Origin: an uncultured virus (IMG/VR IMGVR_UViG_3300037067_026584)
Lineage: Duplodnaviria; Heunggongvirae; Uroviricota; Caudoviricetes
Strand: one strand, 5' to 3'
DNA length: 27,732 bases
Virus record (IMG/VR): IMGVR_UViG_3300037067_026584
Coordinates: 62,001 to 89,732 of that record
Part shown: piece by piece, positions 15,921 to 25,432 of the stretch
How positions within the stretch are numbered: position 1 is the first letter of the stretch
How the letters are laid out: the number at the start of each line of letters is the position of its first letter
Notes under the pieces: generated by a model
Seen by the model: only the letters and a program-made list of their open reading frames with translations
Databases searched by the model: none
Told to the model about the DNA's origin: nothing
Program-made: the position numbers and the translations under genes

Positions 15921-15947
15921 GTGTTGTGTGCGGATCTCACACAACAC
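15921..15947. other. perfect 10-7-10 inverted repeat; candidate recombinase core site
   Basis: GTGTTGTGTG-CGGATCT-CACACAACAC, ~200 bp upstream of the recombinase gene. Confidence 0.45.
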
Positions 15948-15992
15948 ATCTTAATTGTCAATTATAAAAATAAAGTTTCCCATTGCGGAAAA

Positions 15993-16319
15993 TCAGCTTC
16001 CGTAAATTTCATTCAAATAGTCTTCAATTCTATTGGCATTTCGGATCGCAGCTTTGTTACGAGTAACCTCTTCCCAGCGGTCCCCAGCCCAGTACACCGA
16101 GATCTGGCCGTTGGTATTGAACTCAACGTGCGGGCCTCCCGTACCGGTCACCAGAGTATAAAGTTTCGTTACCCACTTCCCGTCGGTTAAATACTGCTCC
16201 CTGGTGATCTCCAGCACATTGTCGTCGATAAAATCAACAACGTCCGTCATCTGCGCAAGTCTCGTTTCTATGCCGTCCCAGATGCGTAACAATTCTGCCC
16301 TTTCTTCATCTCTTGACAT
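15993..16319 (-). CDS. conserved viral hypothetical protein (LVTGTGGPHVEF)
   Basis: 108 aa, GGGTGA SD. Confidence 0.8.
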   Translation of the reverse strand: MSRDEERAELLRIWDGIETRLAQMTDVVDFIDDNVLEITREQYLTDGKWVTKLYTLVTGTGGPHVEFNTNGQISVYWAGDRWEEVTRNKAAIRNANRIEDYLNEIYGS

Positions 16320-16348
16320 TCTTTTTCACCCATTGTTTTTATTTTACA

Positions 16349-16654
16349 TCAAATTAAATTAAATTCCGTCCCACGAGGAATCTCTGGCAAGCACCGGTCG
16401 TGCCGATCTGAAGGTAATCGAATAACTTCGAATCCCCGCTGATAGCACATTTGCAAGAATATCTGCCAATCGTACATGTACGGCCCAGTCTCTTTATTTT
16501 TATGATACTGACGACTCATTTCAGCAAACCGCGGGTACGCTTCGTCCCAAATATCCAGCAATGTGTCTTCAGTCAAATTCTCACCAATTATAACTGCAAG
16601 AACCCGATGATCAGAGAATTGTCCCTGTGAAAGAAAAAATGCATTTCGAACCAT
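16349..16654 (-). CDS. hypothetical protein
   Basis: 101 aa, GGAGTTGA SD-like sequence. Confidence 0.7.
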   Translation of the reverse strand: MVRNAFFLSQGQFSDHRVLAVIIGENLTEDTLLDIWDEAYPRFAEMSRQYHKNKETGPYMYDWQIFLQMCYQRGFEVIRLPSDRHDRCLPEIPRGTEFNLI

Positions 16655-16671
16655 CTCGCATCAACTCCAAA

Positions 16672-17007
16672 TTACTTGATCAACTCTTTTGTTTTCACGA
16701 CGTTTCCCGCGTTTTCGGGGCTCTGCTCGACAAGCTTCTTGGCTATTGGGAACCCATCGGGATGACCATCGTAAATATATGCACGGTTGCCCGACGTAAT
16801 CAACCACGCAAAAGAATTAAGTTCTCTTAAAACGCCAAGAGATTTCGTATCAGAACGACTCGGATCTTTCGGATTAGTCTTTCGTAAATCCGCCTTTACC
16901 AGCTGTCGCACTTCTTCGGTGGTTCTTTCATCTTCCACCTCAATACTGACATACCCCTCCCCCTTGATAAAAAGTATTACGTCATCCCCCTGTGCAACTT
17001 TCATCAC
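16672..17007 (-). CDS. hypothetical protein
   Basis: 111 aa, GAGGT SD. TATA-like GTTTTATT at ~17030-17037. Confidence 0.7.
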   Translation of the reverse strand: MMKVAQGDDVILFIKGEGYVSIEVEDERTTEEVRQLVKADLRKTNPKDPSRSDTKSLGVLRELNSFAWLITSGNRAYIYDGHPDGFPIAKKLVEQSPENAGNVVKTKELIK

Positions 17008-17048
17008 ATCTTACCTCTGAACCGCGGTGAATAAAACTTTGTATTCCC

Positions 17049-17588
17049 TTAAAAAACATCTTCCACGTACATCCTTATAGCCTTATCTGCCGCTTCATGA
17101 CGAGCCGACTTCTTGTCCTTGCGAATCCGGAAGAATTCTATCATGTATTCAGGAAAGTCTTCCTCATCGTTCCGGTTAAACGGTCCGTAAATCACATTCC
17201 GCATACCGGGATCCTCGAATTTCCCCCACTCATCAATCACATGGCCGTACTCGTGCAGGATGCTGTCAAGAAACACGTCCTCTACTGTCACACTCTGCGG
17301 AAGGACCGCTGCATCAATAATACCTGGCGTCTTGGTGTTTACGTAAAAAACCGGGTTTCCCTTGAACTGAGACTCCCGCACATACATCGCCAGCCAGCAC
17401 TCCCGGTCCCCTTTGAGGTCCTTCAGGCTTGCATCGATGCGATCGTTAATTCCATACCCCTTCAACAGCCCCATGGCCGTGTCCAGGGCCATGTGAAACG
17501 CCCGTGGCATCTTCTTCAGGTCCATCTCGGGATCCGGAACCAGCGGGCAAGACGTAATGTAATCCGTATTGTGATCTCTCGAACTCAT
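17049..17588 (-). CDS. zincin-like metallopeptidase (HExxH)
   Basis: DSILHEYGHVIDE followed by EEDFPE (candidate third ligand). TATA-like TTTTATA ~22 nt upstream. Confidence 0.7.
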   Translation of the reverse strand: MSSRDHNTDYITSCPLVPDPEMDLKKMPRAFHMALDTAMGLLKGYGINDRIDASLKDLKGDRECWLAMYVRESQFKGNPVFYVNTKTPGIIDAAVLPQSVTVEDVFLDSILHEYGHVIDEWGKFEDPGMRNVIYGPFNRNDEEDFPEYMIEFFRIRKDKKSARHEAADKAIRMYVEDVF

Positions 17589-17636
17589 AGAACAGAATTC
17601 TCTGGCAATCTATAAAAAAAGATAAGTTTTTTGGGA

Positions 17637-18317
17637 TTAGTACAGCTTGTCGTATTCGGGGAATCTCCCGGTCTTGCGAATTGCCGTAAGGCATGCATCG
17701 CTGATCGGTTTCCACGAAACGGCAGACACGCCGAACCATCCACGGAAGAAGTAATGCTTTGCACCAGTCAGTTCTCCACCTTCGATAAGGAAAATCCATG
17801 CACCGGATTCAATAGCATACTGGTATGTGCCGGCACCGTTGTTTGCCATCTCCGCGGAGTCCACAGCTGCGAGCGTAGGGGCCTGTAACTGGTTCGGAAG
17901 ATCGAAGACCAGGTACTTGCGACTCTCAGCATCCATCTTGCGGATGCCAGCTGCGAGCTTACTTGCCGCGTCCTTGATAGGATAAATGATAGTCTTGGAC
18001 GCAACGCGGGATGCCAGCGGGACAACGATCTTCTGCACGACATACAGGATACCGAAATAAACTGCAATGTACTGTGCCCATAACGGACTGAAGATCGTCT
18101 GCCAGTTTAAGACGGTATCTGGAGTAATCAGGCCGGTCATCGTTGCGACGATTCCAATGACAATGGAATACACGACGGTCGCAAGAAGCTTTGCAAGGTC
18201 AAAAGACTCTCCATCCTTCACTTTTGCAGCGAACAGACCGAGCACCCCATACGCGAGGGCCAGCAGAACCGCGGCAAAAATCATGAGAAGGAAATTTGCA
18301 TCAAATACGAATGCCAT
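17637..18317 (-). CDS. membrane protein (about 3 N-terminal TMs plus a soluble C-terminal domain)
   Basis: 226 aa, hydrophobic N-half, AGGAG SD. Confidence 0.8.
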   Translation of the reverse strand: MAFVFDANFLLMIFAAVLLALAYGVLGLFAAKVKDGESFDLAKLLATVVYSIVIGIVATMTGLITPDTVLNWQTIFSPLWAQYIAVYFGILYVVQKIVVPLASRVASKTIIYPIKDAASKLAAGIRKMDAESRKYLVFDLPNQLQAPTLAAVDSAEMANNGAGTYQYAIESGAWIFLIEGGELTGAKHYFFRGWFGVSAVSWKPISDACLTAIRKTGRFPEYDKLY

Positions 18318-18432
18318 TTATTCTCTCTCCTTTAAAGATCGATCTTTTCGGAGCCCCTCTCACAGGCTACAAACAACCTTTGAACAACAAAGTATTTGAA
18401 GACAACGTTTTAAACTACGCGAAAAAAAGAAT

Positions 18433-18873
18433 TTATCCCCACCGATTTAGCAATTCCGTTAAGAGGGTTATCGCCAGCACAGCCGCCCCGTAGCCGATCA
18501 GCGCGGCGTTTGCTTCCCGCGGGACCCCTTTGATGTATCCGTACCGCGACGCGAGCCCGATCCCGAGCGCGGCTGCCCCGGTCGCAACGTTGACTGCAAC
18601 GCCACTGTTTCCTTTTAATGCGTGCCCTACAAGGTAAGGCTGAATGACACCTGCAATCACACCGACAACGACGTACGGAGTGTCCTTACTGCTGAAAATG
18701 GTCCCTACTACCACATCGGTGTCAGCCTCGGCCTGGGGAATCATCTCCGCTGAAGGCGCGAGAATCTCGGCCGGCACTCCAGAAGACTCCGGAGCACTGG
18801 ACCCAAAAACGTTCATGCTTCGTATTTCGCCCGGGCCACACAACCTCCGGCACGAAGACTGACTCAGCACCAT
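18433..18873 (-). CDS. membrane protein (Ala/Gly-rich TM segments)
   Basis: ATG 18873 lies 1 nt after the upstream TAA. Three hydrophobic segments in the C-half. Confidence 0.7.
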   Translation of the reverse strand: MVLSQSSCRRLCGPGEIRSMNVFGSSAPESSGVPAEILAPSAEMIPQAEADTDVVVGTIFSSKDTPYVVVGVIAGVIQPYLVGHALKGNSGVAVNVATGAAALGIGLASRYGYIKGVPREANAALIGYGAAVLAITLLTELLNRWG

Positions 18874-18874
18874 C

Positions 18875-19102
18875 TTATCGAAACCTGCCAACGCTCCCGG
18901 TTATAGAGCCGGCCGGGTACGAAGATGCCGCATAAACCGTCCGCGGAACCCGCTGGGGCTGGAATGTCATGTTCTGTATAGCACTCTGGCGATTGGCTGC
19001 CCCCTGCTGCTTCGCAAGCATCTCCTGTCGTGCAAGTCGTTTCTGCTCACATACAGAGCACTCTTCGAACCTTCCGGTTGCCGAATTGAATACGCGCACC
19101 AT
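18875..19102 (-). CDS. small protein with CxxC and a Q/R-rich helix
   Basis: 75 aa, CSVC motif. Confidence 0.65.
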   Translation of the reverse strand: MVRVFNSATGRFEECSVCEQKRLARQEMLAKQQGAANRQSAIQNMTFQPQRVPRTVYAASSYPAGSITGSVGRFR

Positions 19103-19153
19103 GATAAATAATCCCCATTTCGTATATAAAAAAGAATCGACTATTTCTCTGCA

Positions 19154-19669
19154 TCACTGCAAATACAAGTGCCCGCCAATGAAGAAGTCTATCGTGGCTC
19201 CGTTTGTTGCATTCCAGCAAGAGGCCCAAAGCTTGGTCCCTACTGGCAATCTCACCATGGAAACTTCAACCGGTCTCGAATACTTGTTTGTCGCATCGGC
19301 CTCGTATACGAAGTCCGTATAACTCAATGCTGCCAGGGCATCCTCGGGAGTGGTACTTCCATACAAAAACCTTACGCGGAACGGACTTGTCACGCTTGCG
19401 TCCACCAGCATCAGCCGCCTGAAATCATAGTACTTGTATCCCGGTATCGTAGGAGTGTCGTTGATGTCCAAGAGCTGCACGTACGCCCCCCACGTATTAT
19501 CCCCAGAAACAATAACAAACGGACTCATCCCCTGTTCAGCAGTGTGCCCCCCCGCGGGAGATGCCAGCTTAGACAGCCAGCGTTCCCGCACATGAATGTG
19601 ATGCTCAGTTATCCACGCCTCGTCTGCCGCCTGCTTGTCAGAAGGGACTCCATTCACAATGACCATCAT
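19154..19669 (-). CDS. hypothetical beta-rich protein, possibly structural
   Basis: GAGGTG SD. Last gene of the structural cluster. Confidence 0.7.
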   Translation of the reverse strand: MMVIVNGVPSDKQAADEAWITEHHIHVRERWLSKLASPAGGHTAEQGMSPFVIVSGDNTWGAYVQLLDINDTPTIPGYKYYDFRRLMLVDASVTSPFRVRFLYGSTTPEDALAALSYTDFVYEADATNKYSRPVEVSMVRLPVGTKLWASCWNATNGATIDFFIGGHLYLQ

Positions 19670-19676
19670 CAACACC

Positions 19677-21059
19677 TCACGCCGGAGTTACGATCGCCCG
19701 CACCCCAAAGGTTTTGCCATCGGTATTCGTATACGCCACAGTTACAGTGTCACCACTCCTGCACAAGAGCGGGACCGCGGTCTGGAAAACCAGATCTGTA
19801 ACCGACCCAGACGATAGATCCGACTTGTACAACACCGTGGAGTAAGCTGCCCCCTCGGTCGGATTGAGAGTGATAACCAAGTATTCCGAGGTTGTCGGAG
19901 CCGAGTTCAGGTGCAGTGTTACCCCTTGCAAGTAAAAGTCGTATGCAGGATTGACCGTAAGTGCAATTGCTCCGGTACCGGTCGCACTGAACGGCCCGGG
20001 CGGGGTCTTCGGGGCCACCTTAAGATTGCCCGATGCATCGGCCTGGGCATCTATCACGACACCCGACTTGTTAAGAGCAATAACTGCACTCCCGGCCGGC
20101 ACTGCATCGCCCGGAATTCCAATATAACTGGCAATCAGCGTATTCAATGCATCCAGATCTGTAGTGAGCCTTCGCAGCTTTGCAGAAAGCGTCCCGGTTG
20201 CCCCGGCATCAACCACGGCATCCGCGACGGCCCCGACAGTTTCCAGATCTCCATCGGCAGAGATGACATCAAACTTCCCTGCGGTCGTAGGAGCAGTCCC
20301 GAGGATGTTTACAATATCCGCTTTCACACCCGCCCCCGCGACTTTCCCGAGAGCATCCAGTTCACCAATGTCAGCTGCAATTCTCCGCAGCTTTGCAGAC
20401 AATGTACCAGCAGCCCCAGCAGCTACAACCGCATCTGCGATCGTGCCAACGGTGGCCAAATCTCCGTCCTCGGAAATGACATCGAGCTTGCCCGCGGTCG
20501 TAGGAGCAGTGCCCAGTATATTCACAATATCTGCCTTTATGCCATCGCCAGCAACTTTACCAAGGGCATCCAGTTCCCCAATATCGGCTGTAATCCTACG
20601 GAGTTTTGCAGATACCGTCCCGGCCGCCCCGGCAGCGACCGCCGCATCTGCAACAGCTCCCACAGTGACATGAGAACCGTCGTCCAAGGCCACATGCAGA
20701 CGACCCGACAGGTCGTACCAAGCATCGACAATCTGGTTCTCTGCGACCGCGGCCGGTGCGGCTGCGTTTGCATGTCCCCCATTCTTAACTGGCAAGACCC
20801 GGTGCCCCGGGGTAAGCGGATCTACATCGGCATTCCCAGTCTCGACTGCCCCCTGAATGTTATCCGGAAAATCCCCGGTTACATCCACATGCAGCGGAAC
20901 CCCGCCTGGCGCACCGAGCTCGGTACCATCCGCAGCCCGCAGGTTCACCTGTCCAGACTTCGTTGCCCCCGTCGTTATTACCGTGTCATACAGGGCCTTT
21001 AAATAAGCGAGAAATTCCTTTACCCTTGGAAGTCCTCCCCCTCCAATACCCGCCGTCAT
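19677..21059 (-). CDS. Ala/Gly-rich fibre-like virion protein with ~2.5 copies of a 71-aa repeat
   Basis: TAATG coupling at 21059. Repeat VGAVADA.V.AGA.GT.SAKLRR... Confidence 0.7.
   Translation of the reverse strand: MTAGIGGGGLPRVKEFLAYLKALYDTVITTGATKSGQVNLRAADGTELGAPGGVPLHVDVTGDFPDNIQGAVETGNADVDPLTPGHRVLPVKNGGHANAAAPAAVAENQIVDAWYDLSGRLHVALDDGSHVTVGAVADAAVAAGAAGTVSAKLRRITADIGELDALGKVAGDGIKADIVNILGTAPTTAGKLDVISEDGDLATVGTIADAVVAAGAAGTLSAKLRRIAADIGELDALGKVAGAGVKADIVNILGTAPTTAGKFDVISADGDLETVGAVADAVVDAGATGTLSAKLRRLTTDLDALNTLIASYIGIPGDAVPAGSAVIALNKSGVVIDAQADASGNLKVAPKTPPGPFSATGTGAIALTVNPAYDFYLQGVTLHLNSAPTTSEYLVITLNPTEGAAYSTVLYKSDLSSGSVTDLVFQTAVPLLCRSGDTVTVAYTNTDGKTFGVRAIVTPA
20145..20663. repeat. 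213-bp in-frame repeat, ~2.5 copies
   Basis: GCGGTCGTAGGAGCAGT occurs at 20281 and 20494, 213 bp apart. Confidence 0.85.
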
Positions 21060-21478
21060 TATGCAATCACCATCCAACGCACTTTTTCATTCAAAACTTC
21101 CGACACCGCACTCAGCAGATTGACATTTGAAATATTCAACGTGATCGACTCGCTTGGTTCCAGCTCATACCCCGTGAGATTCGAAACCGCGGCTCCTCCG
21201 ATGTAAATGATCCCGGTGTTGTCTCGGGACGCTTTTAACAGCACCGTATTACACGCTTGGTCCGGAAACGAAGTTATCGCCACGTTAGAAACCGCTACGG
21301 CCCCATGCGCCAGCGTAGTCAGCGGGGCAGACGGACGCGGAACCAATGGGGCTTTTACCCAGGTGGCTGTTGTCGAGTCGTACAAATACGGCTTTATCTG
21401 CCCTTCACGAATCAATTCGAGTCTTTCCAGGAAGTTTACAACCTCCATGGCTGCAACGGATGAACCTTGATTTGACAT
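21059..21478 (-). CDS. small beta-sandwich-like putative virion protein (NTGIIYIGGAAVS..TGYELEPSES)
   Basis: 139 aa. The N.G.(I/V)Y(I/V)G....GY.L.P motif is common in phage tail-associated proteins (recall). GAGG SD. Confidence 0.65.
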   Translation of the reverse strand: MSNQGSSVAAMEVVNFLERLELIREGQIKPYLYDSTTATWVKAPLVPRPSAPLTTLAHGAVAVSNVAITSFPDQACNTVLLKASRDNTGIIYIGGAAVSNLTGYELEPSESITLNISNVNLLSAVSEVLNEKVRWMVIA

Positions 21479-21490
21479 TTTTATCGCGCC

Positions 21491-22738
21491 TCACATTTTG
21501 TACCGATGAACGTTCCATAAATAGAAATCGATCGGAAGATTTGAACTTAGATCGACAGATTTCTTCACTTCGCTGATCACGAAACCACTCACATTCACCT
21601 GAATCAGGACAGACTCTCCAACCGGAGGAGTGGAGAAATAATAATATCCGGATCCATTGGTTACCGCGGACTGAGAAACCCCAGTACCTAGATCGGTGGC
21701 CGTCACGGTGACCCCTACCATTGGGACCGGGGTATTGTCGCTGTCCGCGGCCGACGCATCATAAACATAACCGCGTATCCGCTGGCAACTCGTGTAATCG
21801 GGCCCCCACTGGTGAAATAACGGGGCCGCATCAACATGATTTGCAGAAATAACCTCTAGGTTGTCAAAAATCCCATCGTCATTTGCGTCTACTCCCACAT
21901 GAGTGCTGTAATAATTCCCGAGCATGCCCAGTCTCGGAATATTTTTCCAGCAATAGATCTGAGGGGAAGGAGTGCTCAGCATCGAATGCACCGTAGTCTC
22001 CGAATAATGCATGTTTGCAACCAGGTTATCAACAAAATTGTTCCGGTATGCCAATATGGTTGCTGTATTCGTCCCAGCCCCCTCATTGCACTCTACCGCA
22101 AGACCAATTTGATCGATCGTATCAAAAACGTTGTCAGTCACAACGTATTTCCCCACGACTCCTACGGCATCCAAGGGATTAAAACCAATGCCATACTGCA
22201 TGTCTTTAAACGTGCAGTTCATTACCGTCACATCGTTCTGCGTCGCCCCCTGGTCATCAATCCCGATCCCTTCGCTTAGTCCAGTGAAGGTAATATCATG
22301 CAGGTTGCATCCACTGAATACAAGCCGCTGACACGTGACCGGCCCCGCGGCCGGCTTTAAAACTGCCCCCGATTTCAATTCGGTCATTTCGGTATTCTGT
22401 ACAACGATGTCAGCAGATCCAATAATCGTGACTCCGTAGTTCGTCTCTCCGGGATCGGCAACCAAGTTCTTCAGGACAATGTTGCTCACAGTAATAAACG
22501 ACGACCGGTCCAGAATGAGAGCCGAGCAATCATACCCCGGGTGCGTATTCGATGCAGGAGAGATTATTGGCAACCCCCCTCCGGCATTCACCCCAACCAA
22601 AGTGATGTGATCCATGGCACTTACCAGAATGCTCTCCGGGTAAGTTCCACTCTTGATCTGTATTTCGTCCTCGGGAGATGCAGCAGCCAATGCAAGCGTC
22701 ACCGTTGCATAGTCATCGGGTACAACGAGAATCGTCAC
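21491..22738 (-). CDS. right-handed beta-helix (NosD/pectin-lyase-like) adhesin with a C-terminal CarboxypepD_reg-like domain
   Basis: VPDDYAT...D.IQIKSGTYPE cap, parallel beta-helix repeats, GNYYS....DANDDGIFD...DAAPL, then GVTVTA...AVTNGSGYYYF. Confidence 0.8.
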   Translation of the reverse strand: MTILVVPDDYATVTLALAAASPEDEIQIKSGTYPESILVSAMDHITLVGVNAGGGLPIISPASNTHPGYDCSALILDRSSFITVSNIVLKNLVADPGETNYGVTIIGSADIVVQNTEMTELKSGAVLKPAAGPVTCQRLVFSGCNLHDITFTGLSEGIGIDDQGATQNDVTVMNCTFKDMQYGIGFNPLDAVGVVGKYVVTDNVFDTIDQIGLAVECNEGAGTNTATILAYRNNFVDNLVANMHYSETTVHSMLSTPSPQIYCWKNIPRLGMLGNYYSTHVGVDANDDGIFDNLEVISANHVDAAPLFHQWGPDYTSCQRIRGYVYDASAADSDNTPVPMVGVTVTATDLGTGVSQSAVTNGSGYYYFSTPPVGESVLIQVNVSGFVISEVKKSVDLSSNLPIDFYLWNVHRYKM

Positions 22739-22797
22739 TTTTTAAAATCCCCCACCTATTTTATCTATTCTGATGCAAGCATTAAAAAAGTATTGCG

Positions 22798-25428
22798 TTA
22801 CGGCCCGGCAGAAGAACCAAATAAGCGGACTTTTGTCATTCCAATATCAAATCCGGTTACAGCATCAACTCCCGAGAATGAAACCTGACGGGTTTCATTT
22901 ACATACCCAAGAGCCTCAAAATCAACCTCGTATAGCACGTCCCTTTGAATCGCAGCTGTCAAGTTGTAAATCCCGTTTGCATCGGTAACCGCACTGTAAT
23001 CCCCGAGCGTTACCACAGCCCCCGGGATTGGAACCTTCTCCCCAGTCGCGTTAAACCGGGCCCGGTCATATGCCATGCCAGACAGCACCTGAGCTATAAT
23101 CGGAATATCGAGATTGTATCCCGCCTGCGTCTCGATATAATAAACCGACGACTTCGCATAGTTCCCTTTCCGGGCCCGGACCGTCCATTTTCCCTTCGGG
23201 ACGAATATCTCGTAATATCCGTCAACGAACAAGGACCGGGTGCCAGTGACATCCGACTTTATCTGGGCCGCAAACAAATCCAGCTCGTCCTCCGGGATCC
23301 ACCCAGGGTATGCTTCCACAAGGACCCCCGCAAGACTCACTCCATTTGATGCATTGGTTACTTCTCCCCATATCCTGCCATCTGCGGTACCAAGCAGGTA
23401 CATCGGGGGAAGAATAATTCTCGCATCGAGGAATTGACTCTGCCCGGACACGTTGAAAGACTGCGCTTCGAGGATCTGCCAAGCCCGTTTATCGACAATA
23501 TCCTTATCGTACACCTGGACATTGGCACTTGTCGAATAGAACCCAAGAAGCGGGGCCGAAACAGTAACCCGATACTCGAGTTCCGATTCTAGATTCGAAA
23601 TTGACCATAACCCCTGCGCATTCGATGTCGTTGATCCTACGATCACGCCATTCCGGACTGCCACGAGATGCACAGTTGCCCCCGCGATGGGGTTCCCCGC
23701 CTCATCCAGAGCTACGCCATGCATACTTAGCGTCGGAGGTGTTCCAAAGTCTTCGTCGGCCTGCACTACATCGACCAGGTTCAATTGATCGATGTATGCA
23801 GACCCGCGACGAATCCGTACCTGCATGTCCTCCTCGAATATAGACTGCCCTTCTACAAAGGAAATGGGGAATGTTGGATCCCACGCTGGAGGGACATATT
23901 CAGGAGCCAAGCCCCCGCTCCCGCCGCCTCCGCCGCCCCCTCCCGAGCCGCTCGCCCCTCCCCCGCTGCCTCCAGTCTTGCCACTGCCAGTCTTGCCACT
24001 CCCGAATGATCCCGCACGGCCCGAACCAACTCTTCCGGACCCTGTTGAACCGTACCCGTATGGCATGGGAATCTTAACACCGGTCGCAATTGACAAATTT
24101 AAAATACCAACGGTATTCGGAGGGAATCTCATCCGGAATGCAAACCCGTCGAACTCCCGAGGACTCACTCTTCCAACCCACGTTATCCGCGTGTGGTTAT
24201 CATTCTCGTAGACCTGCTCCCCCTGTACCTTATCAAAGAACCCTTGCCTGCCCAAATCGGGCATTTCCATCAGATACAGCTCTCCCGGGTTAATACTGGT
24301 ATCAAGCTCTAAATATCCGCTGGAATCGATAGGAGTTGCATTCCCCTGGTTGCCCTCCCCGTACAGATCTCCAAATACCAATATCCCGTCCACCACACGG
24401 TTTCCATCAAGCGGATCAACAAAATTTGAAACATGATACATCTTGAACGAATGGCCGTACACATTATAAATTCTCTCAACGTAATTCCACGCCTGAATCG
24501 GAGCCAGAAACAGATCTGCGCTCACCGTGTCCGTATTGACATCGATCTTCTTCCACCCAAACGTATACCCTTTCTTGATGGACACCAAAACATAAACCCC
24601 GAGACTCAGTCCCCTGATTACAAACGAGCCATTCTCCCCAGCGATCGTGTAATTGTCCGGAAGATTTCCATTCGGAAGGAATGTCGGGACCGGCTCTTCC
24701 CCAGTAGGTATGCTCCCACCATCCACAATCTCGTCTGATACCGGGACCCCCCCGCGAGTTAAAATCAATTCAACGTCATCGAGACACGGAACAAACTCGA
24801 CCAAAATCGGGTGAGAATACCGTTTAAATACGTTTACAAACACTCCGGGAGACGGATGCTGACTCGACAGGTAAAACTGCGTGCCAGAAATCATCCTTTG
24901 CGTATCCGGGGTAAATTTGGTAACGGCAACCGCATCGTACGCCTTTATCGCGTCTGAAAACAGCTCCACGTTGTAATTTGCATCCACCACCGAAACAGAA
25001 TCGTCCATTTCAATAAGGAATTTTACATTTGATGGAGTCACCTCGTCCGAAATCGACACCGGATCGTCAATGTAATCATTACTGGCTACCCCATCAAAAG
25101 TTGCAAGATCTTTTACAACTATCGTCTCGTCTGTTATATCCCAAATGTACGTCTTGGCAATTCCAAATTTTATTTCGTTTTCGGAAACAATTGCATCGTT
25201 TATTGTCCGAGATCCTTCAGAAAATATTGCAAAAATTCTCTGAAAAACTTCTTCTCCAGTAACAGCTTTTGCAACACGTTTTATTTCGTTTGAACTCACA
25301 AGAGAATTTATTTCAGAATTATCTCCATTACTTAAAATCGACTCTACAGTAGATTTTGTTATCGTCTGATTCGCAAGCAGCGTTGTACGCTTTATTTCAA
25401 GCGTAACTGAAATAAAAACATCTGCCAT
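22798..25428 (-). CDS. large putative virion/adhesin protein with several CarboxypepD_reg (transthyretin-like) domains and a Gly/Ser linker
   Basis: Repeated G.V.D..G.PI.GA.V...T...G.Y motifs (e.g. GNPIAGATV, PIPGAVV...TDANGIY). GSGKTGGSGGG linker at ~23915-24050. Confidence 0.8.
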   Translation of the reverse strand: MADVFISVTLEIKRTTLLANQTITKSTVESILSNGDNSEINSLVSSNEIKRVAKAVTGEEVFQRIFAIFSEGSRTINDAIVSENEIKFGIAKTYIWDITDETIVVKDLATFDGVASNDYIDDPVSISDEVTPSNVKFLIEMDDSVSVVDANYNVELFSDAIKAYDAVAVTKFTPDTQRMISGTQFYLSSQHPSPGVFVNVFKRYSHPILVEFVPCLDDVELILTRGGVPVSDEIVDGGSIPTGEEPVPTFLPNGNLPDNYTIAGENGSFVIRGLSLGVYVLVSIKKGYTFGWKKIDVNTDTVSADLFLAPIQAWNYVERIYNVYGHSFKMYHVSNFVDPLDGNRVVDGILVFGDLYGEGNQGNATPIDSSGYLELDTSINPGELYLMEMPDLGRQGFFDKVQGEQVYENDNHTRITWVGRVSPREFDGFAFRMRFPPNTVGILNLSIATGVKIPMPYGYGSTGSGRVGSGRAGSFGSGKTGSGKTGGSGGGASGSGGGGGGGGSGGLAPEYVPPAWDPTFPISFVEGQSIFEEDMQVRIRRGSAYIDQLNLVDVVQADEDFGTPPTLSMHGVALDEAGNPIAGATVHLVAVRNGVIVGSTTSNAQGLWSISNLESELEYRVTVSAPLLGFYSTSANVQVYDKDIVDKRAWQILEAQSFNVSGQSQFLDARIILPPMYLLGTADGRIWGEVTNASNGVSLAGVLVEAYPGWIPEDELDLFAAQIKSDVTGTRSLFVDGYYEIFVPKGKWTVRARKGNYAKSSVYYIETQAGYNLDIPIIAQVLSGMAYDRARFNATGEKVPIPGAVVTLGDYSAVTDANGIYNLTAAIQRDVLYEVDFEALGYVNETRQVSFSGVDAVTGFDIGMTKVRLFGSSAGP

Positions 25429-25432
25429 TAGT

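Noticed and set aside
23915..24050. GC-rich short repeats
   Set aside because: They simply encode the Gly/Ser linker of the large adhesin-like protein.
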